Shown here: piece after piece, positions 18,142-28,299 of the stretch | Numbering within the stretch: position 1 is the stretch's first letter | Layout of the letters: each line of letters begins with the position of its first letter | DNA from: a virus | Taxonomy: Duplodnaviria; Caudoviricetes | IMG/VR virus record: IMGVR_UViG_2775506840_000002 | Coordinates: 27,928 to 91,927 of that record | DNA length: 64,000 nt | Reading direction: 5' to 3' (one strand) | The notes under the pieces: model-generated | What the model saw: only the letters and a program-made list of their open reading frames with translations | Database searches by the model: none | What the model was told of the DNA's origin: nothing | Position numbers and translations under genes: made by a program

Positions 18142-18145
18142 ATAT
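18110..18145. other. attL of prophage 2 (crossover within ~18124-18136)
   Basis: End of SpoVFB similarity. Confidence 0.6.
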
Positions 18146-18584
18146 GGGTTTCTATAAGTACACTTTATCAAATACTTGGCATGAGTTAAAAGCAATTAAA
18201 ACTCTTGGTGATTGTATTAGATTTAATAGACTAAAAGCAAAATTAACTCAGGCTGAGCTTGCGAATAAGATTGGGTTAGATAAAAATACAATCTACTTAC
18301 TAGAAAAAAATAAAGCTCTACTACACGTAAAATTTATTTTAAAAATTGAAGAAATCCTATCCTGCTCTTTAGTTGGATTTGATGAGTATTATGATTTTGC
18401 ACGAGATACTTCTACATATATCATAAATATTAGAAATAAATTAGGATTAAAACGTAAAGGCTTTAGTAAATTGATAGGAGTACATAGTAGTACTTTATTA
18501 AAATGGGAAACAGGTAAGTCATATATAACAAGAATGCATATGAACAAATTAAGCTTTTTTTTCCTTGATAATAATATTTCTTAA
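18138..18584 (+). CDS. Tandem XRE-HTH protein
   Basis: Two HTH motifs; ATGA overlap with the truncated spoVFB stop. Confidence 0.75.
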   Translation: MNMGFYKYTLSNTWHELKAIKTLGDCIRFNRLKAKLTQAELANKIGLDKNTIYLLEKNKALLHVKFILKIEEILSCSLVGFDEYYDFARDTSTYIINIRNKLGLKRKGFSKLIGVHSSTLLKWETGKSYITRMHMNKLSFFFLDNNIS

Positions 18585-18783
18585 TTAACATAGCTAATCT
18601 ATAAACTATTTATATGTTCAAGGCAATTGCAAGGATGATAGTGATTACTAATAACGTCCCAAAATAGCTAGTAATTAGTACTCTTCTTAAATTAAATTTT
18701 TCCATAAAAATAGACCACACTCCTTATTTTTCTAGAGTGTGGCCTTTTATTTATATTTTTATACTATAAAAATATATTCTAAT

Positions 18784-19889
18784 CTAATAGCATACTTTGC
18801 AAGCCTCGTATCCTTGTTTTTTAGCATCATCAACTGTTAGTTCTCTGCTTGTTGTATTAATATATCTACAAGCTTTATAATGATATTTTTTACCTGTTCC
18901 AGTTACCCAAACCTTTTGGCCTGTTGATTGTATAGTAGTTGACTCTATAATTGTATTAGTAGGATTTGTTGATATCTGTACATTATTTATAGTATTCGAT
19001 ATAGTATCAACTTTAGTTACTATAGGTGTCTGCATCACTTTACCGTCTACTTTTTGTGTAGATATAGTAAGTATTTTCTCATCACTAGTAATAATAATAT
19101 TGCCATTTAAATCAGTTCTATATGTTTTAATGTCTTTAAGTCTGTCGCTTACTTCTTTATGCGGGTGGCCATACTTATTGTCCTTTCCACAAGTAATAAC
19201 AGCTATTTCAGGTTTTACTTTATCCAAAAACTCTTTACTTGTTGAAGTATTACTTCCGTGATGCCCTACTTTAAGTACATCTATATCTATCATTTTATCT
19301 AAGATAGATTTTTCTACATCTTTGCCAGCCAGCATCTCCTGTAAATAAAAATTCATGCTCATCGTTTTTATAAAGCATTATTAAACTTCTATCATTTACA
19401 TCTTTAGATTGACTTTTTGTATTATAAAATTGGAATGTACCATTACCTAAAGTAACTATTTTATCTTCTAATGGTACACTTGGTTTTAAATTTTTATTAG
19501 TAGCAGCTTGAACACAATCTTTATAAGTTTTTGTATCAGCACTACCATTTCCAATTAACACTATGCCAATTTCGAAGTTCTTGATTACTGCATCTAATGC
19601 CCCACAATGGTCTGCATCTGGATGAGTTAATACTATGTAATCTAATTTTTTTACCTCTTGCATCTTAAGGTATTCTACAAGAGACTTTTCATCATCATTT
19701 TCTGCTCCATCTATAAGCATATTTTTACCGTTGTCTTTAATAAGAATTGAATCACTGTTTCCAGTATCAATAAAAATGTACTTCAACCGATTGTATAATT
19801 TGAATTTGCTGGACATTTTTTGCAAATAATGTATTGGTAATTAGTAATAATGACATAATAAATATCAAAAATTTACTAGATCTCTTCAC
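18784..19889 (-). pseudogene. Secreted ComEC/Rec2-like MBL hydrolase with two frameshifts
   Basis: Signal peptide from GTG 19889; THPDADH, TGDA, GHHGS; extra base in run 19772-19776 and 4-bp duplication ~19324-19333. Confidence 0.85.
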
Positions 19890-19995
19890 TTTTATCCCTC
19901 CATTTTCTGCTATACTATTTCACAAAGTAATATATTTAATACTTTTAATCTTAAAATAACATTGTCCATAAATATATATTTTTAGTCATATCGTT

Positions 19996-20805
19996 TTATA
20001 CACTTAATTCTTTTTCTTTCTGATATATTAAATCTAATAATCTATTCTTTATCTCATCTTTATTATGTGCATAATGAGATCTAGCATGACAATTTGCACA
20101 TATTGCCGCTACTGATACTGGGTGATCAGGTCCATTATCGGATAATCTAGTAATATGATGAACTTCTAAATACATATCACCATTTTTTTTTACAAATCCT
20201 CTTTCTCCGCACAATTCACATACTCCCTGTGAGCGCCTCATAGCATACTCCCTAATCGCCTTACTCCTTTTCCTTACATTTATTTTTATTTCCTCACTAG
20301 ACGCTCCCTCAACAGCTTGCTCCATAGCCTTTTTTCTCAATTCTTCTAATGATTGATTTAGATTACTTTCTGCTAAATCATTAAAATCACAGCCTACATC
20401 TATATTATCAATGGGATTTAATTCAAACACTATTGAATTTCTCTCTCTATTGTTTTTATCTATGGCTTGTATTATCTCGTAACCCAGGCACATAAATTCG
20501 CCAATATATTTAACATATGCTGATTTTACATATTGAAACAGAAATATAGATTTATTATTTTTCAAGTGATCTCTTACTGCTTTATTTCCTCTTATAAATT
20601 GCATATGCCCTATCTGGCCTTCTCCTGTATACTTAAAGGTTCCATATTTAGTCCAACTATCTGCATATCCAAATTCATCTCCTGACTCACCTGTAAATAT
20701 AAATATACAAGGAAAGTTTGTAGGTGTACTTATTCCACCTTGTCCTTGACCTCCATATTCCATATGAATATTTTTACGCTTATAAACTTCATTTCTAATA
20801 AACAT
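19996..20805 (-). CDS. SRA-like + HNH endonuclease (putative modification-dependent restriction)
   Basis: GGQGQGGISTP, YTGEGQ.G, GN..V; CxxC..LEVHH..CANCH. Confidence 0.7.
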   Translation of the reverse strand: MFIRNEVYKRKNIHMEYGGQGQGGISTPTNFPCIFIFTGESGDEFGYADSWTKYGTFKYTGEGQIGHMQFIRGNKAVRDHLKNNKSIFLFQYVKSAYVKYIGEFMCLGYEIIQAIDKNNRERNSIVFELNPIDNIDVGCDFNDLAESNLNQSLEELRKKAMEQAVEGASSEEIKINVRKRSKAIREYAMRRSQGVCELCGERGFVKKNGDMYLEVHHITRLSDNGPDHPVSVAAICANCHARSHYAHNKDEIKNRLLDLIYQKEKELSV

Positions 20806-20929
20806 AACCTCTCCCTCCTTTATCTGACTATACTATATCATAAAATTTATTAGTATATTTAACTATTTCCTATAGTATTCCTCTTTACATGAAAAAGCTA
20901 GAACCATAGTCCTAGCTAAAATAATAACT

Positions 20930-23884
20930 CTATTTATACAATATACTTGATTTAGTAACCTTTATGTCTGAATCACAATAATTTAAATATGTTGCTATTT
21001 CTTCTACATTACTTACTTTAGGCCCAAGTATTACTTCTTCTAAATCTATGTCTTTATTAATTTCTATAAATAAATGAGGCACCCTCCATGTAGAAATTTT
21101 ATCTGTTTGCACATTATTACTCCCAAATCTTATAAGTCTTATTTCTTTCTCATATTTATATTGAGCATATTTATACAGAAATCTTACTTGATCTAATATA
21201 TTGCATATTATTTTTCTCATTGTTATATCTCTTACTTTATCTATACCTAAATCATTTAATATAATACAAATTTCTTCAAAGATTTTTTCATCTATATTCA
21301 TAAAATCTTCTTCTATATAACTTACTTTGTATAAACAATTTGTTATTTTATTATTTTCTTTTAGCAAAATATCCTCATCTTCTTTTAAATTCTCTTCTAC
21401 CCTATGATATGTAAGACTGTGTTTTTCCTCATTATCAAAAAAAGTATTCTTAAATAGTAAACAACACCCTTCTCCATTCTCACTATACGTTGTCCACATA
21501 GGTAAATTATCTTCAGACTCTGAAAAACTTGTTATATACGTTTGACTATAGTTATTTAATATTTTTCTTCCATTTTTTGTACTATCTTCATTATACAAAA
21601 TATCTATAATATCTTTTATAGACTTATACTGATTATTATTTTTACATAGTAATTCTTTATCTATATGACTTAATATATTTTTAAAGACTTCGCCCTCCAT
21701 TGGATCATTCATATAGACCGAATTGTTTAACCTTAATCGTGGCTTACTTTGTTTATCTAAGTCATTTACTCCTTTATTAGGTTTAATTAAAAAGTTAATC
21801 GTATTCATCTTAGTATAATGACAAATTTTTGAGTCTTGATTTACTATTTTAATTCTTGATTTTTTCAGTTCACTAACCTTAATAAATAATTTTATAATTT
21901 GTATGTATGTATTCTCATCCTTTAATGTGTTCTTTAGATATTCTAAGAAAGATCTATTGTCTTTCTCTAACATTAACAAATTTAATTGATCCTTAATATA
22001 TTCTTTTGAGTCTATTGGAAACAATTTCATTCTCTCAGTGTAGTAGCCCTTATTATAAGGATTTAATTTAATTGCATTTTCATAATCTGCCAAAGCTTTT
22101 TCTAGATTTTCTAGCCTCCTATATACCTCTGCTCTCTCTTTAAATGCAAGGCTATTTTGGGGATCTAGCTCTATTGCTCTTGTATAATTTTTTAATGCTT
22201 CTTCATTTTCATCCCATAGACCATATATATATCCTCTGCTATAATATGCATTACTGCTATTAGGCTCTAATTCTACTATTTTATCCGCATCTTCTAATGA
22301 TTTTAACTTATCATTTAGTTTATTATATAATATTGCTCTATTACTATAGTATATAGACGTATCAGGTTTTAATTCAATTGCTTTTGTATAATCTGCTAAC
22401 GCTTGTTCTAGTCTCTTGGTTATGCTATATAATATTCCTCTACGATTGTAGTACAATGCATTAGTAGGTTTCAATTCAATTGCTTTTGTATAATCTGCTA
22501 TAGCCTTTTCTTCTTCCTTAAGATCTCTATATAGTACTCCTCTACGGTTGTAGTACAGTGGATTATCAGGTTTCAATTCAATTGCTTTTGTATAATCCTC
22601 TACTGCCTTCTCTTGTTCATTAAGTTCTCTATATAGCAGCCCTCTACTACTGTAGTACTGTGAATTATTAGGTTTCAATTCAATTGCTTTTGTATAATCC
22701 TCTACTGCCTTCTCTTGTTCATTAAGTTCTCTATATAGCAGCCCTCTACTACTGTAGTACTGTGGATTATCAGGTTTCAATTCAATTGCTTTTGTATAAT
22801 CCTCTACTGCCTTCTCTTGTTCATTGAGTTCTCTATATAGCGCCCCTCTAAACTTATAGTACTGTGCATTACCAGGTCTCAATTCAATTATTTTTGTATA
22901 ATCTGCTAATGCCTTCTCTTGTTCATTGAGTTCTTTATATAGGGATCCTCTAAACTTATAGTACAATACATTTTTAGGCTCTAATTCAATTGATTTTGTA
23001 TAATCTGCTAATGCCTTCTCTTGTTCATTGAGTTTTCTATATAGCGCCCCTCTAAGTTTATAGTACAATGCTTTATTAGGATCTAATTCAATTGCTTTTG
23101 TATAATCTGCTAATGCCTTTTCTTCTTCTTGTGACTCTCTATATATCATTCCTCTAACCTTATAATACAATGCATTAGTCGGATCTAATTCAATTGCCTT
23201 TGTATAATCCGCTACTGCCTTCTCTACTTGTGACTCTTTATATATTAATCCTCTATAAGCGTAGTACTGTGCATTAGTCGGATCTAATTCAATTGCTTTT
23301 GTATAATCTGCTAATGCCTTTTCTTCTTGTGACTCTTTATATATTAATCCTCTATAAGCGTAGTACTGTGCATTAGTCGGATCTAATTCAATTGCTTTTG
23401 TATAATCTGCTAATGCCTTTTCTTCTTCTTGTGACTCTTTATATATTAATCCTCTATAAGCGTAGTAGTGTGTATTAGTCGGATCTAATTCAATTGCTTT
23501 TGTATAATCTGCTAATGCCTTTTCTAATTTTTCTTCTTCTTGTGACTCTTTATATAGCATTCCTCTATAAGCGTAGTACTGTGTATTAGTCGGATCTAAT
23601 TCAATTGCTTTTGTATAATCTGCTAATGCCTTTTCTAATTTTTCTTCTTGTGACTCTTTATATAGCATTCCTCTATAAGCGTAGTACTGTGCATTAGTCG
23701 GATCTAATTCAATTGCTTTTGTATAATCTACTAACGCCTTTTCTTCTTCTTCCAACTCTCTATATAGTCTAGCTCTACTATTATATGCGCTGGCATCCTT
23801 TCTATCTAACTCTATTTTTCTTGTATAAATTTCTATCTCTCTCTTAATACTATCAGTAGTTTCTTCCTGCATTTGTGCTTTCAT
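20930..23884 (-). CDS. TPR-repeat protein with C-terminal DUF2971-like domain
   Basis: ~17 TPRs; HYT, MNDPMEG, SFS..DNLPMW..Y, YEKEIR motifs. Confidence 0.8.
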   Translation of the reverse strand: MKAQMQEETTDSIKREIEIYTRKIELDRKDASAYNSRARLYRELEEEEKALVDYTKAIELDPTNAQYYAYRGMLYKESQEEKLEKALADYTKAIELDPTNTQYYAYRGMLYKESQEEEKLEKALADYTKAIELDPTNTHYYAYRGLIYKESQEEEKALADYTKAIELDPTNAQYYAYRGLIYKESQEEKALADYTKAIELDPTNAQYYAYRGLIYKESQVEKAVADYTKAIELDPTNALYYKVRGMIYRESQEEEKALADYTKAIELDPNKALYYKLRGALYRKLNEQEKALADYTKSIELEPKNVLYYKFRGSLYKELNEQEKALADYTKIIELRPGNAQYYKFRGALYRELNEQEKAVEDYTKAIELKPDNPQYYSSRGLLYRELNEQEKAVEDYTKAIELKPNNSQYYSSRGLLYRELNEQEKAVEDYTKAIELKPDNPLYYNRRGVLYRDLKEEEKAIADYTKAIELKPTNALYYNRRGILYSITKRLEQALADYTKAIELKPDTSIYYSNRAILYNKLNDKLKSLEDADKIVELEPNSSNAYYSRGYIYGLWDENEEALKNYTRAIELDPQNSLAFKERAEVYRRLENLEKALADYENAIKLNPYNKGYYTERMKLFPIDSKEYIKDQLNLLMLEKDNRSFLEYLKNTLKDENTYIQIIKLFIKVSELKKSRIKIVNQDSKICHYTKMNTINFLIKPNKGVNDLDKQSKPRLRLNNSVYMNDPMEGEVFKNILSHIDKELLCKNNNQYKSIKDIIDILYNEDSTKNGRKILNNYSQTYITSFSESEDNLPMWTTYSENGEGCCLLFKNTFFDNEEKHSLTYHRVEENLKEDEDILLKENNKITNCLYKVSYIEEDFMNIDEKIFEEICIILNDLGIDKVRDITMRKIICNILDQVRFLYKYAQYKYEKEIRLIRFGSNNVQTDKISTWRVPHLFIEINKDIDLEEVILGPKVSNVEEIATYLNYCDSDIKVTKSSILYK
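22370..23760. repeat. Near-identical ~99-111-bp tandem repeats encoding TPRs
   Basis: Recurrent aattcaattgcttttgtataatc core, ~14 copies. Confidence 0.9.
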
Positions 23885-24057
23885 CCTAAATCCTCTTTAT
23901 TATTTTATTATCAATAATATTATATATATAATTACACGATAGTTCAAGATTTAACAATATCTCTTCCAAGTATCTATGATTATTTAGATAATATATTTAC
24001 AACAATCATTGTATACACCTTTATATGTATAAGAATATCTATTGGCTAGTATATTTT

Positions 24058-25290
24058 CTATCTTATGCCATTTTTTAATTGTTGTATTTTTCTTGCACAG
24101 TTAATTATCAATTTAGGTACATTATTAGGTTTTATTTTATCTTTATCTTTCCATACGCTTAATGTATTTACTACACCTTCTTGATTTAGTACTTTAAGTG
24201 CTTCTTGATATTCATCTTTAGCTTGAACTTTAGTCTCTTCAACTTCTTTCATCATTCTAAGCAAATCATGTCCATATGTAGCACTTGGACACCAGTTGCC
24301 ACCTAATGCTTCTACTGTTGGCGCTTCACCTTTAAGATAACTAAAGTGCCTTGGATCAAGTGTGTTTGACTTAGGATATCCATTAACACCCGCATAAAGT
24401 GCTAGATGATCTATATGTGCCTTAATACCATCTTCCCATGTATCAAAACGTTTGTGTGCTTCTGCAATGGTGCAATCATCTTTACCTGATGCAGTTTCTT
24501 TTAATCCACATGGATTTCTGTAGGTTTCATCTAACACGCCTCCAAACTTACCATAGCCTGTTTCCTTGGTATACTGAACAATAGCTACTACTGGATTAAT
24601 GCCTACTTTAAGACATTCTTTAAAGTAAATAGATAGATTATCAATAAAAATCTGTTTTGGCTTCTTAACAATTGCCCACTCTTGACACTGTTCTAATGTT
24701 GCTGTAGCTGGACCAATAATAGGTGTGCCTCCTACGTTGCTAGTGCCTAACACTTTTAAGATTCCTTCTCCTATACCTCTACCCATTAACTTACGTTCTT
24801 CAGATGTATCAATAATTTCAACATCCTTTGAATCAATAAAAGCACACTCCACAATAACAGCTGGCATACTTGTTTGCCTAATCACTCCAAAATAATCATG
24901 TCCCGCATCATTTACTTTTGTATATATTTCTTTAGGACGCTTATTTTGGCCAGTAACTTGATTAATTGAGTCAACTATCTCTTGTGCCATCTTTAAACTT
25001 GTACCACCAGTTACACTATAAATAACTTCTACGCCATCACCCCCTCCTGCATTGGTATGTATAGAGATAAAAAGAGCTGCTTTATGCTTGTTAGCAAATG
25101 CAACTCTTTCATTAATACTTACAGTTTTATCTGTGTCTCTAGTTTGCAATACTTGAATTCCTTTAGACTCTAGATACTCTTTGCAAAACTTGCTAATACT
25201 AGATACTAAATCTTTTTCTTTTAGTCCGTTAGCACATGCTCCTGGATCAGAACCTCCATGCCCTGGGTCTAATACAACTAATCTACTCAT
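24058..25290 (-). CDS. Endolysin (Amidase_3 + glucosaminidase)
   Basis: DPGHGG, SIHTNA, VECAF; KETGYG, NPCGLK. Confidence 0.9.
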   Translation of the reverse strand: MSRLVVLDPGHGGSDPGACANGLKEKDLVSSISKFCKEYLESKGIQVLQTRDTDKTVSINERVAFANKHKAALFISIHTNAGGGDGVEVIYSVTGGTSLKMAQEIVDSINQVTGQNKRPKEIYTKVNDAGHDYFGVIRQTSMPAVIVECAFIDSKDVEIIDTSEERKLMGRGIGEGILKVLGTSNVGGTPIIGPATATLEQCQEWAIVKKPKQIFIDNLSIYFKECLKVGINPVVAIVQYTKETGYGKFGGVLDETYRNPCGLKETASGKDDCTIAEAHKRFDTWEDGIKAHIDHLALYAGVNGYPKSNTLDPRHFSYLKGEAPTVEALGGNWCPSATYGHDLLRMMKEVEETKVQAKDEYQEALKVLNQEGVVNTLSVWKDKDKIKPNNVPKLIINCARKIQQLKNGIR

Positions 25291-25759
25291 CCATCTTACC
25301 TCCTATAATAGTTTCTCCCATTGAATCCACTTTGTCTTTTGCCACATTTAGTGCTTTCGTTATAAAAGGTGGCAAATCCATACCAGCATGTTGTAAATTC
25401 TCTAAGTTACTTATAAACTCTCTTACAAATATCCATGCTAGAGTTAATGCTGTAAATATAATTTTTGTGGCTACAACTATTCCTAATGTATTGGCTATCT
25501 GAATTAGTCCATAATCAAGCAGTAATGATAGTACGATAAGCATTCCCATACCTATCTTTCTATAGATACCCTTGATTACAAGCTTACTCTCTACCTTTTC
25601 ATCCTCTCTAGCACCTGCTGCATAAGCACGTGTGAACAGATCAGCAACCATTAATAAAATTACTCCATATAATAGAGGTGTAAAAATCCCAAAATAATTT
25701 GCGATGCATAAATTAATTGTTGTAAATATAGCAATTACTACTGATTTGATATCTTCCAT
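25283..25759 (-). CDS. Holin (phage holin 4 family)
   Basis: TM segments, EFISNLENL..AG..LP; adjacent to lysin. Confidence 0.85.
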   Translation of the reverse strand: MEDIKSVVIAIFTTINLCIANYFGIFTPLLYGVILLMVADLFTRAYAAGAREDEKVESKLVIKGIYRKIGMGMLIVLSLLLDYGLIQIANTLGIVVATKIIFTALTLAWIFVREFISNLENLQHAGMDLPPFITKALNVAKDKVDSMGETIIGGKMDE

Positions 25760-25861
25760 ATTTCCTCCTTAGTACAATACTCTATTTTTAAAAAAGGCAT
25801 AAAAAATAATGCTATCTCTAGTGCCTTTTCTATGCCTTATTTACTTTCTAAAATCATTCTT

Positions 25862-26083
25862 TTATTTACTTATTGCTGATACTTCTTCCAAAGTTAGTGA
25901 AAATTGCTGCTGTGTATATCCAAGCGTTTCTGCTGCTTCATCTGCATCAATCCATCCCATAGCTAAAAATAAAGCTGTTAGTTCTTGCATACCTTGTAAA
26001 TTTTGTGTGCCTTGATCTGTTGCTGCTACTGCAATTCTTACAAAAATATTTTTTTCCACCATTCCGTTTAATTTCTCACTCAT
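25862..26083 (-). CDS. Hypothetical tail-associated protein
   Basis: Position between fibre and holin. Confidence 0.55.
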   Translation of the reverse strand: MSEKLNGMVEKNIFVRIAVAATDQGTQNLQGMQELTALFLAMGWIDADEAAETLGYTQQQFSLTLEEVSAISK

Positions 26084-26424
26084 TATTTCATTCCTCCGTT
26101 TAATAAAGTATTTTTTGCTGTTTGTGTTGCTAACATTCCTATTGCTTCTTCAATTTGTGTTAATCTTACTTCTGTCTTATCAGGTGCTATATTTGTTTTA
26201 TTAGCTTCTTTCCATGTTTGAATTTCTTCAGGCGTTGCACCTTCTTCCCATGATCCATCAACTAGTTTAGGCTTAACATATCCAACTGTTAATGGCACTG
26301 TTGTATATGGCACGTTTACTGGCAATGGCAATTCATTTCCGTGATTATCAAATTGTCTTTCAACTAATCTTGATTCATCTTCATAAAATCCATTTGCATC
26401 TATTATCCATATTTGTTGCATCAT
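26083..26424 (-). CDS. Tail fibre assembly-like protein
   Basis: KPK..G.WEEGATPEEI motif, position. Confidence 0.6.
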   Translation of the reverse strand: MMQQIWIIDANGFYEDESRLVERQFDNHGNELPLPVNVPYTTVPLTVGYVKPKLVDGSWEEGATPEEIQTWKEANKTNIAPDKTEVRLTQIEEAIGMLATQTAKNTLLNGGMK

Positions 26425-27389
26425 AGAATCACCCTCATATAAATATTTTTCACATTATTATTTGTTGTACATATTTCTATTTGTCCATTGCTTCTTATAA
26501 AACCATGCACATTTGATGTTGCATCACCTCCAACATCTACACCAGTACATGTCATTGCTAATATGGGATGTTTTGGTACTATTGTAGATATAGCAACAAT
26601 AGTATTTTTGCCTGTTGCAAATGTTGAACCATCTGTTTTTGATACTCTAAAACTAATATAGGCCGCTGTATTTGTTGTATAACAATCCTGAAAATCAACT
26701 GTTATACCCGTATTAGGTGTTACATTGAATTGTGTCTTTGAAGTTGCTGCAAGCTCTTTCCACCCACTAAAACTATTATTCCAACAATCACCAACATAAA
26801 TTTTATTACTTGGATTATAGCTACTTAGAGTTGCTTTCCAGTCTGCACCTACAGGGGATCTTTCAAAAGTAGCAATATAAAACTTATTTGCTTCAGGTTG
26901 TCCAGTACAATTTTGATGTATATAATAAATACCTGGTAAAGTTGCATGATTTTTAAAGAAATCTATAACATTTTGATTCTCTATATTAAATCTTTTTGTC
27001 ATTGTAAAATCTGTTGTTGCAATTTCTTTCCATGCTGTCCATTGCCCGTCTTTTAAAACTCTCTCTTTTACTTGGCCTATATTGCCGCCATAAACACATT
27101 TTGCTCTATGAAAAACAATGCCACTTTGTATAGGATTAACCTCTAAATACCAAACCCCTCCACCAGGTGAATTTGTACCCCCTCCAATACGATAACGTTG
27201 AAAATCAATCAATGTATTATAGTCTGGATTATCTAACCATTTAGCAAATTGAATTCCTATTTTATCAAATAAACCATTGATTTGTTCTTCTACTGTTTTA
27301 CCATCCGGGCCGAATACAACGTCACTCGATGTATGAGGATATAATTCATCCCCATTATCTGCTTGAAATGCTCCCTTTAATCTTGCCAT
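26421..27389 (-). CDS. Tail fibre / receptor-binding protein
   Basis: Repeated knob-like modules ending WTAWKEIA, FSGWKELA. Confidence 0.7.
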   Translation of the reverse strand: MARLKGAFQADNGDELYPHTSSDVVFGPDGKTVEEQINGLFDKIGIQFAKWLDNPDYNTLIDFQRYRIGGGTNSPGGGVWYLEVNPIQSGIVFHRAKCVYGGNIGQVKERVLKDGQWTAWKEIATTDFTMTKRFNIENQNVIDFFKNHATLPGIYYIHQNCTGQPEANKFYIATFERSPVGADWKATLSSYNPSNKIYVGDCWNNSFSGWKELAATSKTQFNVTPNTGITVDFQDCYTTNTAAYISFRVSKTDGSTFATGKNTIVAISTIVPKHPILAMTCTGVDVGGDATSNVHGFIRSNGQIEICTTNNNVKNIYMRVIL

Positions 27390-27400
27390 CCTTTCGCCTC

Positions 27401-27991
27401 CTATCCCATTACCTTAAAGAATATTTTTCTAGATACTGCATTTGTTGTACTCGTTCCTACTTTTATTGAATCTCCTGGATCTCCTTTTTCGCCTTTAGCA
27501 CCTGTTGCCCCTGGGTCTCCTTTTGGTCCTTGTGCGCCTGTTGCCCCCGGATCTCCTTTTGGTCCTTGTGCGCCCTGTGCTCCAGTTGTTCCTCTAAAGT
27601 TTCCTCTTTTAGTCCAAGTTGTAGATGCTGTTTTTTCAAATACATCTCCATTAGATGTATTCAGTGCCCAATCTCCTACTACACCTAATGATGTAGCTGG
27701 TGTACCAGTAACATTATGCATTTTAGATCCTGTAACTCCAGCTGGACCTTGTGCTCCTGTTTCTCCTCTTGGACCTTGTGGGCCTGCTGCACCTGTAGGG
27801 CCTTGTGGACCTATTGCTCCCGTTGTCCCCTTAGGACCCGTTAATTTACCTGCATTTAACTTTTGCTGAAAAGTTTCTCCATCTGAAAAAGTTACACAAT
27901 CTGCTGACGTTAATACATCTACTCCTTCAATAACTTCGCCAGTACTTTCATCTATCAATTGTACCCTTACTTTTTTTAATACTTCTGCCAT
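27401..27991 (-). CDS. Collagen-like tail protein
   Basis: Gly-X-Y repeats. Confidence 0.8.
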   Translation of the reverse strand: MAEVLKKVRVQLIDESTGEVIEGVDVLTSADCVTFSDGETFQQKLNAGKLTGPKGTTGAIGPQGPTGAAGPQGPRGETGAQGPAGVTGSKMHNVTGTPATSLGVVGDWALNTSNGDVFEKTASTTWTKRGNFRGTTGAQGAQGPKGDPGATGAQGPKGDPGATGAKGEKGDPGDSIKVGTSTTNAVSRKIFFKVMG

Positions 27992-28005
27992 TTAAAGTTC
28001 ACTCC

Positions 28006-28299
28006 TTATTCTTTTATTTCAATCCCCATATTAGGGCTTACTTTTATAATGCCATTACTACTTCCACCACTCTGCCTACTTGTAACTTTAAAATACATCT
28101 TCCCCTTTACTCTATCCTGAACAGGAATATCCGAACCTTCTGGTATAACATATGGACTAGATAAATTCTTGATTTGGTTAGCTTGATTATGAAGTGTATC
28201 ATCTGCTTTTTTCATATTTCTATTATGCACTTCTATATCATAGAAATCATCTTCTAGTGGTGTCTCAAAATCATAATACTGTGTACGTTCTATACTCAT
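28006..28299 (-). CDS. Tail fibre-associated protein
   Basis: P..DDFYDIE..N.NM motif. Confidence 0.6.
   Translation of the reverse strand: MSIERTQYYDFETPLEDDFYDIEVHNRNMKKADDTLHNQANQIKNLSSPYVIPEGSDIPVQDRVKGKMYFKVTSRQSGGSSNGIIKVSPNMGIEIKE

Noticed and set aside
22370-23760. CRISPR array or DGR template/variable repeats
   Set aside because: Repeats are in-frame TPR-coding units without unique spacers; no cas or reverse transcriptase gene in the window
27460-27840. GC-rich tandem repeats as a DNA element
   Set aside because: Explained by collagen Gly-X-Y coding
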